Assembly (NCBI GenBank): GCA_017549445.1 | Contig: JAFYUU010000015.1 | Location: 58,767 to 122,766, forward strand | DNA: 64,000 bases | Source: Alphaproteobacteria bacterium | GTDB lineage: Bacteria > Pseudomonadota > Alphaproteobacteria > Rs-D84 | Reading direction: 5' to 3' | Shown: piece by piece, positions 27,399-38,362 of the stretch | Numbering within the stretch: position 1 is the stretch's first letter | Layout of the letters: the number at the start of each line of letters is the position of its first letter | The notes under the pieces: generated by a model | Database searches by the model: none | What the model saw: only the letters and a program-made list of their open reading frames with translations | What the model was told of the DNA's origin: nothing | Position numbers and translations under genes: made by a program

Positions 27399-29711
27399 TT
27401 ATAATATATGTCGCTTGCCCGTTGCATCTGCTGGGCTAATCAACCCTTCCTGTTCCATACGTTCAATAAACCCTGCGGCCTTGTTATACCCAACACCGAC
27501 CCGTCTTTGCACGTATGAAATCGTAGGTTTCTTATCACGCAACACATATTCTTTTGCCTGTTCATACAGATCTGCATTTTTCGATGCCTTGACTTCCTGG
27601 GCAGACGGCTGAGCAGATGCCATTCCCCCCATACCAGAATCTTCTGCATCTGTGACCCCTTCTGTATATTCTGGTTCACCCTGCGTTCTCAGGAAATTTG
27701 CCACCTTAATCATTTCATCATTTTCAATCAATGCCCCATGGATACGCACAGGCGGTTTTCCTGCCTCGCTGAACAGCATATCCCCACATGCCAACAGATT
27801 TTCGGCCCCTTTTTCCCCCAGTGTCGTCATACTGTCTATATGGCTTCGTGCCTGGAAAGAAATACGTGTTGGGAAATTCGCCTTGATAACCCCTGTAATA
27901 GTTGTTGCGTCTGGTCGCTGTGTTGCCATCACCAAATGAATACCTGCGGCACGTGCTTTTTGTGCCAAACGTTGAACACTGGCCTCGACTTCTTTTCTTG
28001 CGACCCCCATCAGGTCAGCCACCTCGTCAATAATAATTACCAGATATGGCATATCCGACAGGTCCACTTCCTGTGTTTCGAACAACAATTCCCCTGTCAC
28101 CTCATCTGTTCCAACGGCGACCTGCTTGGTCACTTTTTCACCGCTTTCCCGTTTTTCAGCAACCGCCTTGTTATATGCCTCGATATTCTGCACCCCCATC
28201 GTCCCCAGACGTTTATACCTTTCCTCCATTTCCCGCACAGACCATTTCAACGCATTGACCGCCGGCACCGGATCCAGTTTAACAATTGGTGTAATCAGAT
28301 GTGGGATATCATCCCAGAAACCAAAGTCCACCCCCTTGGGGTCAATAATCATCAACTTACATTTATCAGGTGTAAAATGATACAAGATTGACAATATAAT
28401 CGATTGCACGAACACCGACTTACCCGACCCTGTTCGTCCTGCCACCAACATATGTGGCATTTTTGCCAAATCGAAATACATTGGATTTCCACCAATACTT
28501 ACCCCTAACGCCAACGGGATACGGTATTTAGATTCCACAAACGCAGGATCGTCCATCAAAGATTGGAAACGCACGGTATTTGGTTTTATATTCACCATTT
28601 CCACACCAATCAGTTGTGACGCAGGAATTTGTGCTATACGCAAACTGGCGGTTGCCATTGCACGTGTCATATCACGCACAGTTTTATTTATATCCACCCA
28701 CTTTGTTCCACTGACCGGCATAAATTCATACAGTGTCACAATCGGCCCAGGTTTAATCCCAACCACTTTACCATTTACACCATATTCTGCGAAATGCACC
28801 TCCATTGCGGTTGCATTACGTTTCAATTCTGGTGTGATAACATTTTTACCAAATTCTGACCGCTTCAAGAATTTCGGATCGGGCAATTCATACCGCACCG
28901 CCCCTGCCCCCTTGGCAACAAAAGTCGCCGCACCCGTTGCCTTGGCAGGCGAACTTTTTTCCTTCTTTTCGTTTTTCTTTTCTTCCTGTTTTTGTTGTTT
29001 TTCGGCCTGCTTTCTTTGACGACGTGTCATTTTTTCTTCGCCGGCACTTTCTGTATTTTGATTTTCTGGCTCTTCTTCTACCTCATCTTCTGACTGTGAC
29101 GCACTGCGACCCACCGCCTGCCCATTGGTCAGATGGAACACCGACAACAACCACCGCACAGATCGCCAAACCTTTCGCACACACGCCACAACATGAGACC
29201 ACTTTATGTGCAACAAAATTCCCCCCATAACCAAGAACACCGCCACACATACCAACCCCAACGGCAAAGCCAACGTCCCAATCACAGGCACCAAATCAGA
29301 TGCCACAATTGCCCCTGCCATACCACCAAACGTCTTGCCAGGCATCAACAAACCAAACCCACTTGCCCCGACAAACAACGCGATAAAACCACGCAACAAA
29401 TTATACTCTGGACTGGCCGACCGTCCCCAGTTTGCCACCAACGCAAACCCACCACGAATCACGCACAGAAACAGGAACAATGCCGGCACAAACCCAACAC
29501 CATACCGAACGAACCCGGCAACCTGTCCCAATATTGATTGTTCACCAAAAGAACTGGCGGCACCAAATCCGTCCAAATACGGATTATGAAATATCAGTGC
29601 AATAACCAAGCAAAACCCCAACACGACCAATGCGATTCCAAACACCCGCATGGCCAACCCCTTTAACGTCCGAGAAACACGTTCCGGCAAAAATCTTGAA
29701 CTCTTATCCAT
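27399..29711 (-). CDS. ftsK: DNA translocase FtsK
   Basis: N-terminal TM domain, acidic/basic linker, Walker A GRTGSGKS motor and a gamma domain (ISYVQRRVGVGYNKAAGFIERMEQEGLIS). Confidence 0.9.
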   Translation of the reverse strand: MDKSSRFLPERVSRTLKGLAMRVFGIALVVLGFCLVIALIFHNPYLDGFGAASSFGEQSILGQVAGFVRYGVGFVPALFLFLCVIRGGFALVANWGRSASPEYNLLRGFIALFVGASGFGLLMPGKTFGGMAGAIVASDLVPVIGTLALPLGLVCVAVFLVMGGILLHIKWSHVVACVRKVWRSVRWLLSVFHLTNGQAVGRSASQSEDEVEEEPENQNTESAGEEKMTRRQRKQAEKQQKQEEKKNEKKEKSSPAKATGAATFVAKGAGAVRYELPDPKFLKRSEFGKNVITPELKRNATAMEVHFAEYGVNGKVVGIKPGPIVTLYEFMPVSGTKWVDINKTVRDMTRAMATASLRIAQIPASQLIGVEMVNIKPNTVRFQSLMDDPAFVESKYRIPLALGVSIGGNPMYFDLAKMPHMLVAGRTGSGKSVFVQSIILSILYHFTPDKCKLMIIDPKGVDFGFWDDIPHLITPIVKLDPVPAVNALKWSVREMEERYKRLGTMGVQNIEAYNKAVAEKRESGEKVTKQVAVGTDEVTGELLFETQEVDLSDMPYLVIIIDEVADLMGVARKEVEASVQRLAQKARAAGIHLVMATQRPDATTITGVIKANFPTRISFQARSHIDSMTTLGEKGAENLLACGDMLFSEAGKPPVRIHGALIENDEMIKVANFLRTQGEPEYTEGVTDAEDSGMGGMASAQPSAQEVKASKNADLYEQAKEYVLRDKKPTISYVQRRVGVGYNKAAGFIERMEQEGLISPADATGKRHIL

Positions 29712-29789
29712 AACAGACGCATTTTATCACAATTTTTGCTAAAAAAACAGGGGGACAATAAAAATAATCCCCCGTTTTTTATATTTTTT

Positions 29790-30473
29790 TTACTTTTTCA
29801 ATAATGCCCATTTAACCAAATCCGCCACCATCATACCGATAAAAGCCCCAACAATAACATCTGTTGGCCAGTGTGCCCCAATTGCAATACGACTGACCCC
29901 AACAATAATTGCCAGTGTCCACGTCAGCGGTTTATACTTTGGTGCCAGCATTCCCATCATCACCAACCCTGCAAACGTGACCGTTGTATGTCCAGACGGC
30001 ATCGAATGCCAAGAATCACTGAACCGATTAAATTCTGGCTGTTCTGCCAAAACAAAGAATATTGGTCTTAACCGTGCAATCAAAACCTTTAACACACCAA
30101 CCAATGCACTGGCACAAACAACACTGGAAAAGATTAAGAAAGCATTACTGGTCTTGACCTTGTGCCAAAATTCGACACAAAACTGTTTCAGATTAAACTT
30201 TATATTTTCTTTTCTTGCCCAGACGATTGATTTTACGATTCTTTTAACAAAGAACAACAGCAACACCGCCGTTGTTGCAATCAACCAAATTTTTGCATCA
30301 AAGACCCTTTCAATTATGTGCCACAAACCAAACGTCTGAAATTGCATAGCCCAGACATAAATCAATTCATCTGCCCCCCGCAACCCCAGCACCAACAGCA
30401 ATGCCATAACAACTGTTCCAATAACAATTCTTTTCCACAATAATTTATTATCACTTGTTAAAAACATATCCAC
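29790..30473 (-). CDS. PAP2-family membrane phosphatase (PgpB-like)
   Basis: PAP2 motifs (KVLIARLRP, PSGHT, SRIAIGAHWPTDV) and multiple TM helices. Confidence 0.75.
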   Translation of the reverse strand: MDMFLTSDNKLLWKRIVIGTVVMALLLVLGLRGADELIYVWAMQFQTFGLWHIIERVFDAKIWLIATTAVLLLFFVKRIVKSIVWARKENIKFNLKQFCVEFWHKVKTSNAFLIFSSVVCASALVGVLKVLIARLRPIFFVLAEQPEFNRFSDSWHSMPSGHTTVTFAGLVMMGMLAPKYKPLTWTLAIIVGVSRIAIGAHWPTDVIVGAFIGMMVADLVKWALLKK

Positions 30474-30488
30474 ATCCCTAATTTTTTA

Positions 30489-32003
30489 CTATTCTGTATC
30501 TGCGACCAACCGATGATAAACTTTTTTATCACTTAAAATCTGAATTGCGACTGCGGTTGACAGCAAATCTTCATCTTCGCCACTTGTAATAACCGGACAC
30601 CCTTTTCTAATTTTTTCAGGTTCCACACTTGCATCTTTATTAAAGTCCTGTGCCCTAAAATCATTATTGATTACATTTATAAAGAACGCATGTTGTTGCA
30701 CACCTGTTCTGATATTCGACAGACACACAATCGGGAACACCCCACGTTCATCAATAACCCGTCCCTGTCCGGTCTTGATAGATTTATTCAGCAATTCCAA
30801 CGCCCCCCCATTAGATAAATCAATATGGGACGCAATACGTGCATGACCGGCGGTTGGTGTTCCGACCAAAACCCCACGATTGTTTTCATAGAACGCCGAC
30901 ACCAATGCCTCGGCTGTTCCCCGTGTCATATTAGACATCAAAACAACCATCGGTGCATCTGTCACCGCATCTCCGCCTGGCACAACCTCGACCTCGTCCT
31001 TGGCAGTTTCAACGATACGCATAATTGGCACCTGTCCCATAAACAGACCACCCAACTTTGCACCTGCCCGTTCATCATCACCTGTTGTTGAACGCAAATC
31101 CAAGATAATTCCGCCAACATCTGGATACCGTGCCAATGCCTCATTTATAATAGAAACCGCATTATCCGACACCTTGTGAACAACAATTTCCAACAGCCCC
31201 CCGTTTTTCACATCCTTGCGATAAACGACATCCGCATCCGCCAACAAGATTGTTGCCCGTCTTAACACAACATCTTTTTCCCCCACCGGTGTCAGCAGTT
31301 TTACCTTGGACGTGCCCGAATTAAATCCAGACACCACTGCACTGAAATCACTATCGGACAAATCCTGCACAGGTTGCCCATTTATTTCTGCGATAATATC
31401 ACCGGCCCGAATCCCTGCAATATCTGCGGGTGCCCCTTTATAGATTCCAACCACACGAAAATTTCCACGTTCATCACGCACGGCCTCTAACCCAACACTG
31501 GTCAGTATTCTGCCATCTTCTGCAATTTCTGCTTCCTGCGAGAAGATATATCTTCCATACTCGTCCACACCACGCAACAAAGCCCCAACAACTTCCTGAT
31601 ACAACGCACTTTCTGTCAGATTACGCAATTGCGGATCTTTTTCTCGCATTTTCATCATCAGTGCGGTTGTAATCTGCCCAAACCCGTGCCAATCCTGTGC
31701 TTTTGGTCTTGGATAGTTTGCGATAATACTGTCGTCCCAAACCAGCACCGCCCGTTCATCCGTGACGGCTATATGTGCAGACGGATTCAACGTTTCCAAA
31801 CTTTCGATTGCGACATTGATATTTTTACCGGCCCACTTGATACCATCTAATTTTTCATAAATTTCTGCAAACGTGTCCGACACTTCGAACACTTTGACCC
31901 CGTCTTGCACGGGTTCGTCCTCAAAGAACAAATCTTCTGCGTATGCACCACCTGCCAAGACCACGGCGACAAATATATTCAACACCAATTTCAGTAATCT
32001 CAT
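30489..32003 (-). CDS. periplasmic S41 (C-terminal processing peptidase)-family protein with a PDZ domain. The catalytic Ser/Lys dyad appears not conserved.
   Basis: Signal peptide (MRLLKLVLNIFVAVVLAGGAYA), PDZ (GIRAGDIIAEINGQPV) and the S41 hallmark GIILDLRSTTGDD. TRGTAE stands where S41 has SASASE, and H where it has the TFGKG lysine. Confidence 0.6.
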   Translation of the reverse strand: MRLLKLVLNIFVAVVLAGGAYAEDLFFEDEPVQDGVKVFEVSDTFAEIYEKLDGIKWAGKNINVAIESLETLNPSAHIAVTDERAVLVWDDSIIANYPRPKAQDWHGFGQITTALMMKMREKDPQLRNLTESALYQEVVGALLRGVDEYGRYIFSQEAEIAEDGRILTSVGLEAVRDERGNFRVVGIYKGAPADIAGIRAGDIIAEINGQPVQDLSDSDFSAVVSGFNSGTSKVKLLTPVGEKDVVLRRATILLADADVVYRKDVKNGGLLEIVVHKVSDNAVSIINEALARYPDVGGIILDLRSTTGDDERAGAKLGGLFMGQVPIMRIVETAKDEVEVVPGGDAVTDAPMVVLMSNMTRGTAEALVSAFYENNRGVLVGTPTAGHARIASHIDLSNGGALELLNKSIKTGQGRVIDERGVFPIVCLSNIRTGVQQHAFFINVINNDFRAQDFNKDASVEPEKIRKGCPVITSGEDEDLLSTAVAIQILSDKKVYHRLVADTE

Positions 32004-32051
32004 ATCAATCCCCCTTTCCCGAACATGGTCATGCATACGCATTTAAATCAA

Positions 32052-32912
32052 TTATTTTTCATCACGCAGCTTAAAGTTCATCAACACAACGTTAGAAATA
32101 TAAATACTGGTCAGTGTTCCCATAATGATACTGAACGTCATTGCGATTGCGAATTCTCGCAACACTTCCCCACTGAACAGATACAGTCCCACCATTGCCA
32201 ACAACGTTGACACACTGGTCATCATTGTTCTGCGGAACATTTCATTGATTGACAGATCAATCAGTTGATCCATCGGCATTTTGTGATATTTTTTGATATT
32301 TTCTTCAATACGGTCATAGTTCACGACCTTGTCATTGATGGAATACCCAATTCCGGTCAATATAACAGCAATTGCGGTCTGGTTAAATTCCAATCCTGTG
32401 ATTGAAAAGAACCCGAACATCAACACAAAGTCCAAGAACAGCGACACAAATGCCCCAATCGCATATCCACCACGATATCTAATCCAGACATAAATCGCCA
32501 TCATAATAAATGCAAACAATATGGCCAAGATACCACCCTGCACCAATTCTGCACCGATTTTTGGTCCAACGATTTGCACCTGTGAATATTGCACCTGGTC
32601 GCCCAAGATATTTTTAATTTCTGCGACCTTGGCATTTTGTTCTGCGTCCGTCACCCCTTTTGGCAACCCCAATCGGATTAAGATTGCCTTGCCATCAACC
32701 TGTTGTAGTTCTGGACTAAACTGTGCTAAATCTGCACGCATTTTATCAATGGTCATTGTTTCGGCAACTGGTGTCACCTCCATTGAAATACCACCAGAAA
32801 AGTCAATACCATAATTAAACCCACGTATTGCAATCGACAGCACCGAAATCAACAGCAATGCCCCCGAAATCCAATACGACAATTTACGATATTTCATAAA
32901 ATGCAGTTTCAT
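32052..32912 (-). CDS. secF: protein translocase subunit SecF
   Basis: 286 aa, six TM helices, SecF family. Confidence 0.9.
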   Translation of the reverse strand: MKLHFMKYRKLSYWISGALLLISVLSIAIRGFNYGIDFSGGISMEVTPVAETMTIDKMRADLAQFSPELQQVDGKAILIRLGLPKGVTDAEQNAKVAEIKNILGDQVQYSQVQIVGPKIGAELVQGGILAILFAFIMMAIYVWIRYRGGYAIGAFVSLFLDFVLMFGFFSITGLEFNQTAIAVILTGIGYSINDKVVNYDRIEENIKKYHKMPMDQLIDLSINEMFRRTMMTSVSTLLAMVGLYLFSGEVLREFAIAMTFSIIMGTLTSIYISNVVLMNFKLRDEK

Positions 32913-32939
32913 ATCCCTTACCTCTTTGCACTTTCAATA

Positions 32940-34532
32940 TTATTTAACATAACCAATTTTTTTATTTTTGCCGTTCATATACCAATCAATCAGCACCTTG
33001 GCAAGCCACACGCATGTGAACAACGTTGTCAAGATACCAATGGACAATGTGACTGCAAATCCACGAATTGGGCCGGCCCCGAACTGGAACAACACCAAAC
33101 CACAAATCAACGTGGTCAAGTTTCCGTCCATAACCGTTTTCAGCGAACGATCAAACCCAATATTCACCGCCCGCAACGTTGGCACCCCTGCCTTTACCTC
33201 GTCTCGGATTCGTTCAAACGGCAAGATATTTGCGTCCACCGCCATCCCCAGTGTCAGCACGATACCCGCAATACCTGGCAATGTCAGTGTTGCCCCAAAC
33301 AATGCGGTCACCCCAACAATCATCCCCAGGTTTATCATCAACGTCACACTGGCCAACACACCAAATGCACGATATGTAAAGATTAAGAATATAAATATAA
33401 AGATAACACCGGCCACGGCCCCAATTTTACCACGTTCAATTGTATCGGCCCCCAAACCGGCCCCAACCGTGCGTTCTTCTATAACAGTCAGCGGTGCAGG
33501 CAATGCCCCCGAACGCAACAGCACAGCCAAATCTTTTGCCCCCTGCAACGAGAATCCACCCGAAATCTGTCCACGTCCACCCGGGATTGGTTCATTGATT
33601 GTTGGTGCCGACAACACTTTGCCGTCCAACACGATTGCAAAACGTTCATTGACGTGTTCTGTCGTCAACTTTGCAAACCGTCTGGCCCCAGCCGAATCGA
33701 ACACAGTCGTCACCACAGGCATATTATTCTGGTTAAAGTCCGCCTGTGAATCTTTCAACGATTCACCTGACACTTCCACCCTGGAATATACCGGCACTGG
33801 CAACGCCTCTGGCATATCCATATATGGCAAGAACTCTGTTCCATTTGGTGCCCGTCCTGATATCAACTGTTCTTGTGTCATATCTTCATTTACCAAATGG
33901 AAAGTCATCTTTGCGGTCTGCCCAATCAATTCCTTGATACGTTCTGGGTTATCAACCCCAGGCAATTGAACCAAGATATATTTTCCACCCTGGCTTTGGA
34001 TAGAAGGTTCTTTTGTTCCCAACGCATCAATACGACGACGCACGATTTCGATACTGCGACTCAACGCATCTTTTGCCATTTCTTCTTTCTGTTTATCAGA
34101 ATAAGACAATTTAACTGTCTTGCCATCAGACGAAATATCAACCGTCGTTCCAAATGCACTTTTCAATCTTCCTTTTGCATCAGACACCTGGTCTTCGTCA
34201 CGCACAACAAACGACACCACATTATCGTGATTACGCAGATTCGAGAATCTGATAACCCCTTTATTTCTATCAATCAGTATGCTGCGTGTTTCCTCATACA
34301 ATTGCTCCGCCTTTTCTTGGAACATAGTATTAGTATCCACCTCTAACAACAACTGTGCCCCACCTTTCAGGTCCAACCCCAATGGAATTGGTTTAATCCA
34401 TGATGGGAAATATTGTGACAAATTTGGTGCCATTGTTGGAACCGCCATCAGCACACAAAATACTGCTGTAAAAATAATAGCCAGTTTTCTAAACATACCC
34501 TTTACCTTTTTCTTAAAAACCTTATTCGACAC
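32940..34532 (-). CDS. secD: protein translocase subunit SecD
   Basis: 530 aa with a large periplasmic domain and a C-terminal TM bundle. Lies adjacent to secF. Confidence 0.9.
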   Translation of the reverse strand: MSNKVFKKKVKGMFRKLAIIFTAVFCVLMAVPTMAPNLSQYFPSWIKPIPLGLDLKGGAQLLLEVDTNTMFQEKAEQLYEETRSILIDRNKGVIRFSNLRNHDNVVSFVVRDEDQVSDAKGRLKSAFGTTVDISSDGKTVKLSYSDKQKEEMAKDALSRSIEIVRRRIDALGTKEPSIQSQGGKYILVQLPGVDNPERIKELIGQTAKMTFHLVNEDMTQEQLISGRAPNGTEFLPYMDMPEALPVPVYSRVEVSGESLKDSQADFNQNNMPVVTTVFDSAGARRFAKLTTEHVNERFAIVLDGKVLSAPTINEPIPGGRGQISGGFSLQGAKDLAVLLRSGALPAPLTVIEERTVGAGLGADTIERGKIGAVAGVIFIFIFLIFTYRAFGVLASVTLMINLGMIVGVTALFGATLTLPGIAGIVLTLGMAVDANILPFERIRDEVKAGVPTLRAVNIGFDRSLKTVMDGNLTTLICGLVLFQFGAGPIRGFAVTLSIGILTTLFTCVWLAKVLIDWYMNGKNKKIGYVK

Positions 34533-34836
34533 TGGACACAGCGTTTTTATTTACTTCTATAACAACGCCTTTTGCGATCTCGACTTCGATTGTTTTTTCG
34601 TTTATTTTTTTGATAACGCCATAAATACCAGTTGCCATAACCCGATTACCAACCTTTAACGAATCCAGCATTTTTTGATATTCTGCCATACGTTTTCTGT
34701 TTGGTCTTACCATCAAGAACCACAGCAATCCGAAAATGATCAGATAGAACATAATCATTCCCCAAACACTGCCCTGTTGTGGGACGGCCTGTGCGGTATT
34801 TACCACATTTTCAACAACAACATCTGCTTGTTCCAT
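34522..34836 (-). CDS. yajC: preprotein translocase subunit YajC
   Basis: 104 aa, one TM helix, upstream of secD. Confidence 0.8.
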   Translation of the reverse strand: MEQADVVVENVVNTAQAVPQQGSVWGMIMFYLIIFGLLWFLMVRPNRKRMAEYQKMLDSLKVGNRVMATGIYGVIKKINEKTIEVEIAKGVVIEVNKNAVSSVE

Positions 34837-34922
34837 ACGATTTCTCCTTGCTTTAATACTGGCACGATAGTAAAAAAACCTAGAAAAGTAAAGGGAAAAA
34901 CCAGAAAAAATCCCAATCTATA

Positions 34923-36698
34923 TTATCTCTCGAACCAGGTGTCAATTTCACCCATTTCAAACACCCGATACACGGGTCTGCCGTGATTACATTGTCCGGC
35001 CCTTTCTGTATTTTCTATATCCCGCAACAGTGCGTCCATCTGGGCATAATCTAACCTTTGCCCTGCCCGCACAGAATGATGACACGCCCAGTTTGCCAAT
35101 TTCAAATGCAACCTCTCACTCAGCCCCGAAGAATGTCCATAGGCCCGCACTTCATCCGCAACACTTTTCAGCATTGCCCCCCAATCCATATCCCAATCGG
35201 CTGGCTTTTCGAATATCGCAATCGCATCATCACCAAATGCATCTAAATGCAAACCCGATGCCTTCATTTCATCGGCCACGGACAAAACTGCACTTACATC
35301 TTCGGCACGCATATTTATTACAATCGGTGTCAACAGCGGTTGCACTTTAATTGTATGTGTCCGCACCCGTTCATACGTAATTCTTTCGTGTCCGGCATGC
35401 TGGTCAACAACCACCAATTTATCCCCTGCCTGACTTAAAATATACTTGTTTCCAAACTGACCAATCACCCGTCCCAACGGCCTATCATCTGCGACAGTAT
35501 TATCGCTCTCTACGCACTGGTTCTGGGGATTTTTATTTTCTTTATTCAATTCATCATGCACAACATCACGCAACGGCGAAGATACCTTAAATGCCCCCGC
35601 CATCAACCCAAAGTCAAACCGTTGTGGTGGATTTGACCGATTGACCTCGGCTGGGCGATGATTATGAAAAATTTGCCCCGAACTGCTGGTCACTAATTTC
35701 TGCTCTGCACTCAAAACAGGTTTTGCGATTGTCTGACTTAATCTATCACGCAGTGTCTTGATTATAAAGGCACGCACATGTGCCGGTTCCAGAAAATGCA
35801 CCTCGGTCTTGGCAGGTGACACATTCACATCAACTTGTCGTGGATTCAGTGTCAGATATAATGCACACAGCGGAAATTCACGTGCATGCATAACATCCAT
35901 ATATGCTGCCCGCAACGCACCAACCAACACTTTATCTTTAACGGGCCGCCCATTCACAAACAAATATTGATCCACACCAGACGCCCGTCGCAACGTTGCC
36001 TCGGACACAAAACCAGAAATCTTCATTTCCGAATTAGACCCCGACACCGCATCAATTTCCAACATACGTCCCACGACATCATCACCCATAACGGACGCAA
36101 TTCTGTCGTCTAATTTTTGATTTTTTGGAAAGAACCATTTGTTATTTAACACAAACCCCACATCAGGTCTTGCCATTGCCAGACGTTTTACAACCTCTAA
36201 CACACTCATCATCTCGGCCCGATCCCCCCGCAGAAATTTCAATCGTGCCGGTGTCCGTGCGAACAAGTTTTGCACACGAATTCTTGTTCCCTCTTCCCAA
36301 TCGGACGGTCTGATTTGTCCGGTATTACAGTCCATTTGCCAACCATGTTCTTCCCGACTGTTATATGTGTCTATTGTCATATCAGACACTGACGCAATGG
36401 ACGGCAATGCCTCGCCCCGAAATCCCATAAAGTTTATATTCAGCAAATCATCATCAGGCAGTTTTGACGTAGCATGACGACATATGGCACACGCCAAATC
36501 ATCACGCACCATACCCCCACCATTATCAATCACACTGATAAGTGTCCGCCCACCATCTGCGACATCTATAACGATTTGGTCCGCCCCCGCATCCAGTGCA
36601 TTTTCCACCAGTTCTTTAACCACACTGGCAGGTCTTTCAACCACCTCGCCGGCGGCGATTTGATTTATCAAAGAATCTGGCAGAACCCGAACCGTCAT
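34923..36698 (-). CDS. mutL: DNA mismatch repair protein MutL
   Basis: GHKL ATPase N-terminus (AAGEVVERPASVVKELVENALDAGA) and a MutL C-terminal dimerisation domain. Confidence 0.9.
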   Translation of the reverse strand: MTVRVLPDSLINQIAAGEVVERPASVVKELVENALDAGADQIVIDVADGGRTLISVIDNGGGMVRDDLACAICRHATSKLPDDDLLNINFMGFRGEALPSIASVSDMTIDTYNSREEHGWQMDCNTGQIRPSDWEEGTRIRVQNLFARTPARLKFLRGDRAEMMSVLEVVKRLAMARPDVGFVLNNKWFFPKNQKLDDRIASVMGDDVVGRMLEIDAVSGSNSEMKISGFVSEATLRRASGVDQYLFVNGRPVKDKVLVGALRAAYMDVMHAREFPLCALYLTLNPRQVDVNVSPAKTEVHFLEPAHVRAFIIKTLRDRLSQTIAKPVLSAEQKLVTSSSGQIFHNHRPAEVNRSNPPQRFDFGLMAGAFKVSSPLRDVVHDELNKENKNPQNQCVESDNTVADDRPLGRVIGQFGNKYILSQAGDKLVVVDQHAGHERITYERVRTHTIKVQPLLTPIVINMRAEDVSAVLSVADEMKASGLHLDAFGDDAIAIFEKPADWDMDWGAMLKSVADEVRAYGHSSGLSERLHLKLANWACHHSVRAGQRLDYAQMDALLRDIENTERAGQCNHGRPVYRVFEMGEIDTWFER

Positions 36699-36719
36699 TA
36701 TCCCCCCACGAAATTTATA

Positions 36720-37199
36720 TTATTCCTTGAACTTGACTTCCAGTATTTCGTATTCTTTTTCACCGCTGGGCAATTTCACAATACATGTGTCCCCGACACA
36801 TTTACCAATCAACGCACGTCCCACGGGCGAAGTGCACGAAATAACCTGACGACCATCTGATTCAATATCGGACAAGATTCTGCATTGCATACGATTACCA
36901 TCTTCATCTTCTGCCACAACCCTTGCACCAAACACAACCCGATTCCCCGACAGGTTATCTACATCAATAATAGACGCATTTCCGATTACATTTTCAATAA
37001 ATTGAATACGTTTATCTATTTGACGTTGTTTTTCCTTGGCGGCACTGTAATCCGCATTTTCCGACAAATCCCCCAGTGATCTGGCCCACTGCACCACACG
37101 CAGTATTTCCGGTCTTTGATTTTCCTGTAAATCCTTTAATTCTTTCAGCAGTGCCTCAAAACCCGCCCTTGAAATTGGTTTCTTTTCCATTTTAATCAT
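36720..37199 (-). CDS. greA: transcription elongation factor GreA
   Basis: Coiled-coil N-terminus and FKBP-like C-terminus. Probable start at MEKKPISRAGF. Confidence 0.9.
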   Translation of the reverse strand: MIKMEKKPISRAGFEALLKELKDLQENQRPEILRVVQWARSLGDLSENADYSAAKEKQRQIDKRIQFIENVIGNASIIDVDNLSGNRVVFGARVVAEDEDGNRMQCRILSDIESDGRQVISCTSPVGRALIGKCVGDTCIVKLPSGEKEYEILEVKFKE

Positions 37200-37303
37200 C
37201 CTGTTATTTTGTATCCCGATTATAAGATATCATTTTAATTTTGCAATTAGGAAATGTTCGGTTTATAATTCTATAATATTTATACACGATTAAATGGATT
37301 GCT

Positions 37304-38362
37304 ATGTTCAGGTTTAACATTTTAACCCGATTTTTGATGCGTCGATTCTTTTCTGGATTCGGCCTTGTTATGTTGGTGGTATGCGGAATTATTCTGGCGG
37401 TCACATTTGTAGAACGTCTGCCATCGAACCCTGACGCAATATCTGCCCTAATAGAATCATGGACCCGCCTATTGGAATACGTCCCACTATTTTTACCCTT
37501 GGCGGTATTTATGGGCACCTTGCTGGCATCATACAATTTAACTAAATCCAGTGAAAATATTATTGTTTCCAGCGCAGGCCTGTCTCCATTTCAATCTGCC
37601 CGTCCATTTTTAATTGGTGCAACCCTAATTGGTGTTATTGCAACGACATTGATAAACCCCTATTCCGTCAGTGTCAGTTCCAAGAACATCACCGCCGAGA
37701 AATTACAACTGGTCGACAAACAAATCTGGCTTCGTGAATCCAGTTCTAATGGTCACATTACAATGAACGCCAATGCAATGCACAAATCTGGTCAAATTTT
37801 AATATTCGAAGACACAACCGTCATGGTCCAAGACCAGAATTTCAAGTTGATAGAACGTGTGAACGCAGACACCATAACCCTGTCTGATACGGGCTTGTCA
37901 TCTGAAAACGCAACGGTATGGAACGCATCTGGCCGTCCAACCAAACGTGCATGGCAGTTGCAAACCCTGATAAATCCCCAAACGGTTCTGGACAGATATC
38001 TGCAACCCGACCAAATTTCGTTTTGGAAATTGCCAGAATTTATCAAGAAAATGGACGCAATTGGTGCCCCAACCCGTGGCCATTTGGTTCAGTTCTGGAC
38101 CCTGCTGTTTCTGCCCCTGACAATGATTGCGATGGCGACATTGGGTGTTGCATTTTCCCAGACCAAGCAACGCCGTAATTACAGTTTTGGTGTAAAATTC
38201 AGCATTGGAATCATCACCTGTTTTGCGGTATATTTTCTGACCAATATGTTTAATGCCTTGGGTGCGACAGGTGTCCTGCCACCACTGTTGGCGATTATTG
38301 CACCACCATTGATAATCATCGCAGGTGCCGGTATATTTATAACCAGTTTTGATACAATTTAA
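37304..38362 (+). CDS. LptF/LptG-family LPS export permease
   Basis: YjgP/YjgQ topology: 3 TM helices, a periplasmic beta-jellyroll, then 3 TM helices. 352 aa. Confidence 0.75.
   Translation: MFRFNILTRFLMRRFFSGFGLVMLVVCGIILAVTFVERLPSNPDAISALIESWTRLLEYVPLFLPLAVFMGTLLASYNLTKSSENIIVSSAGLSPFQSARPFLIGATLIGVIATTLINPYSVSVSSKNITAEKLQLVDKQIWLRESSSNGHITMNANAMHKSGQILIFEDTTVMVQDQNFKLIERVNADTITLSDTGLSSENATVWNASGRPTKRAWQLQTLINPQTVLDRYLQPDQISFWKLPEFIKKMDAIGAPTRGHLVQFWTLLFLPLTMIAMATLGVAFSQTKQRRNYSFGVKFSIGIITCFAVYFLTNMFNALGATGVLPPLLAIIAPPLIIIAGAGIFITSFDTI

Noticed and set aside
32968-33969. 333-aa plus-strand ORF
   Set aside because: It lies entirely antisense to secD, a conserved and well-supported gene. 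The same reasoning applies to the long antisense ORFs opposite lnt (20122-20745), opposite the Cys-rich protein gene (40862-41338) and opposite addB (62465-63037).
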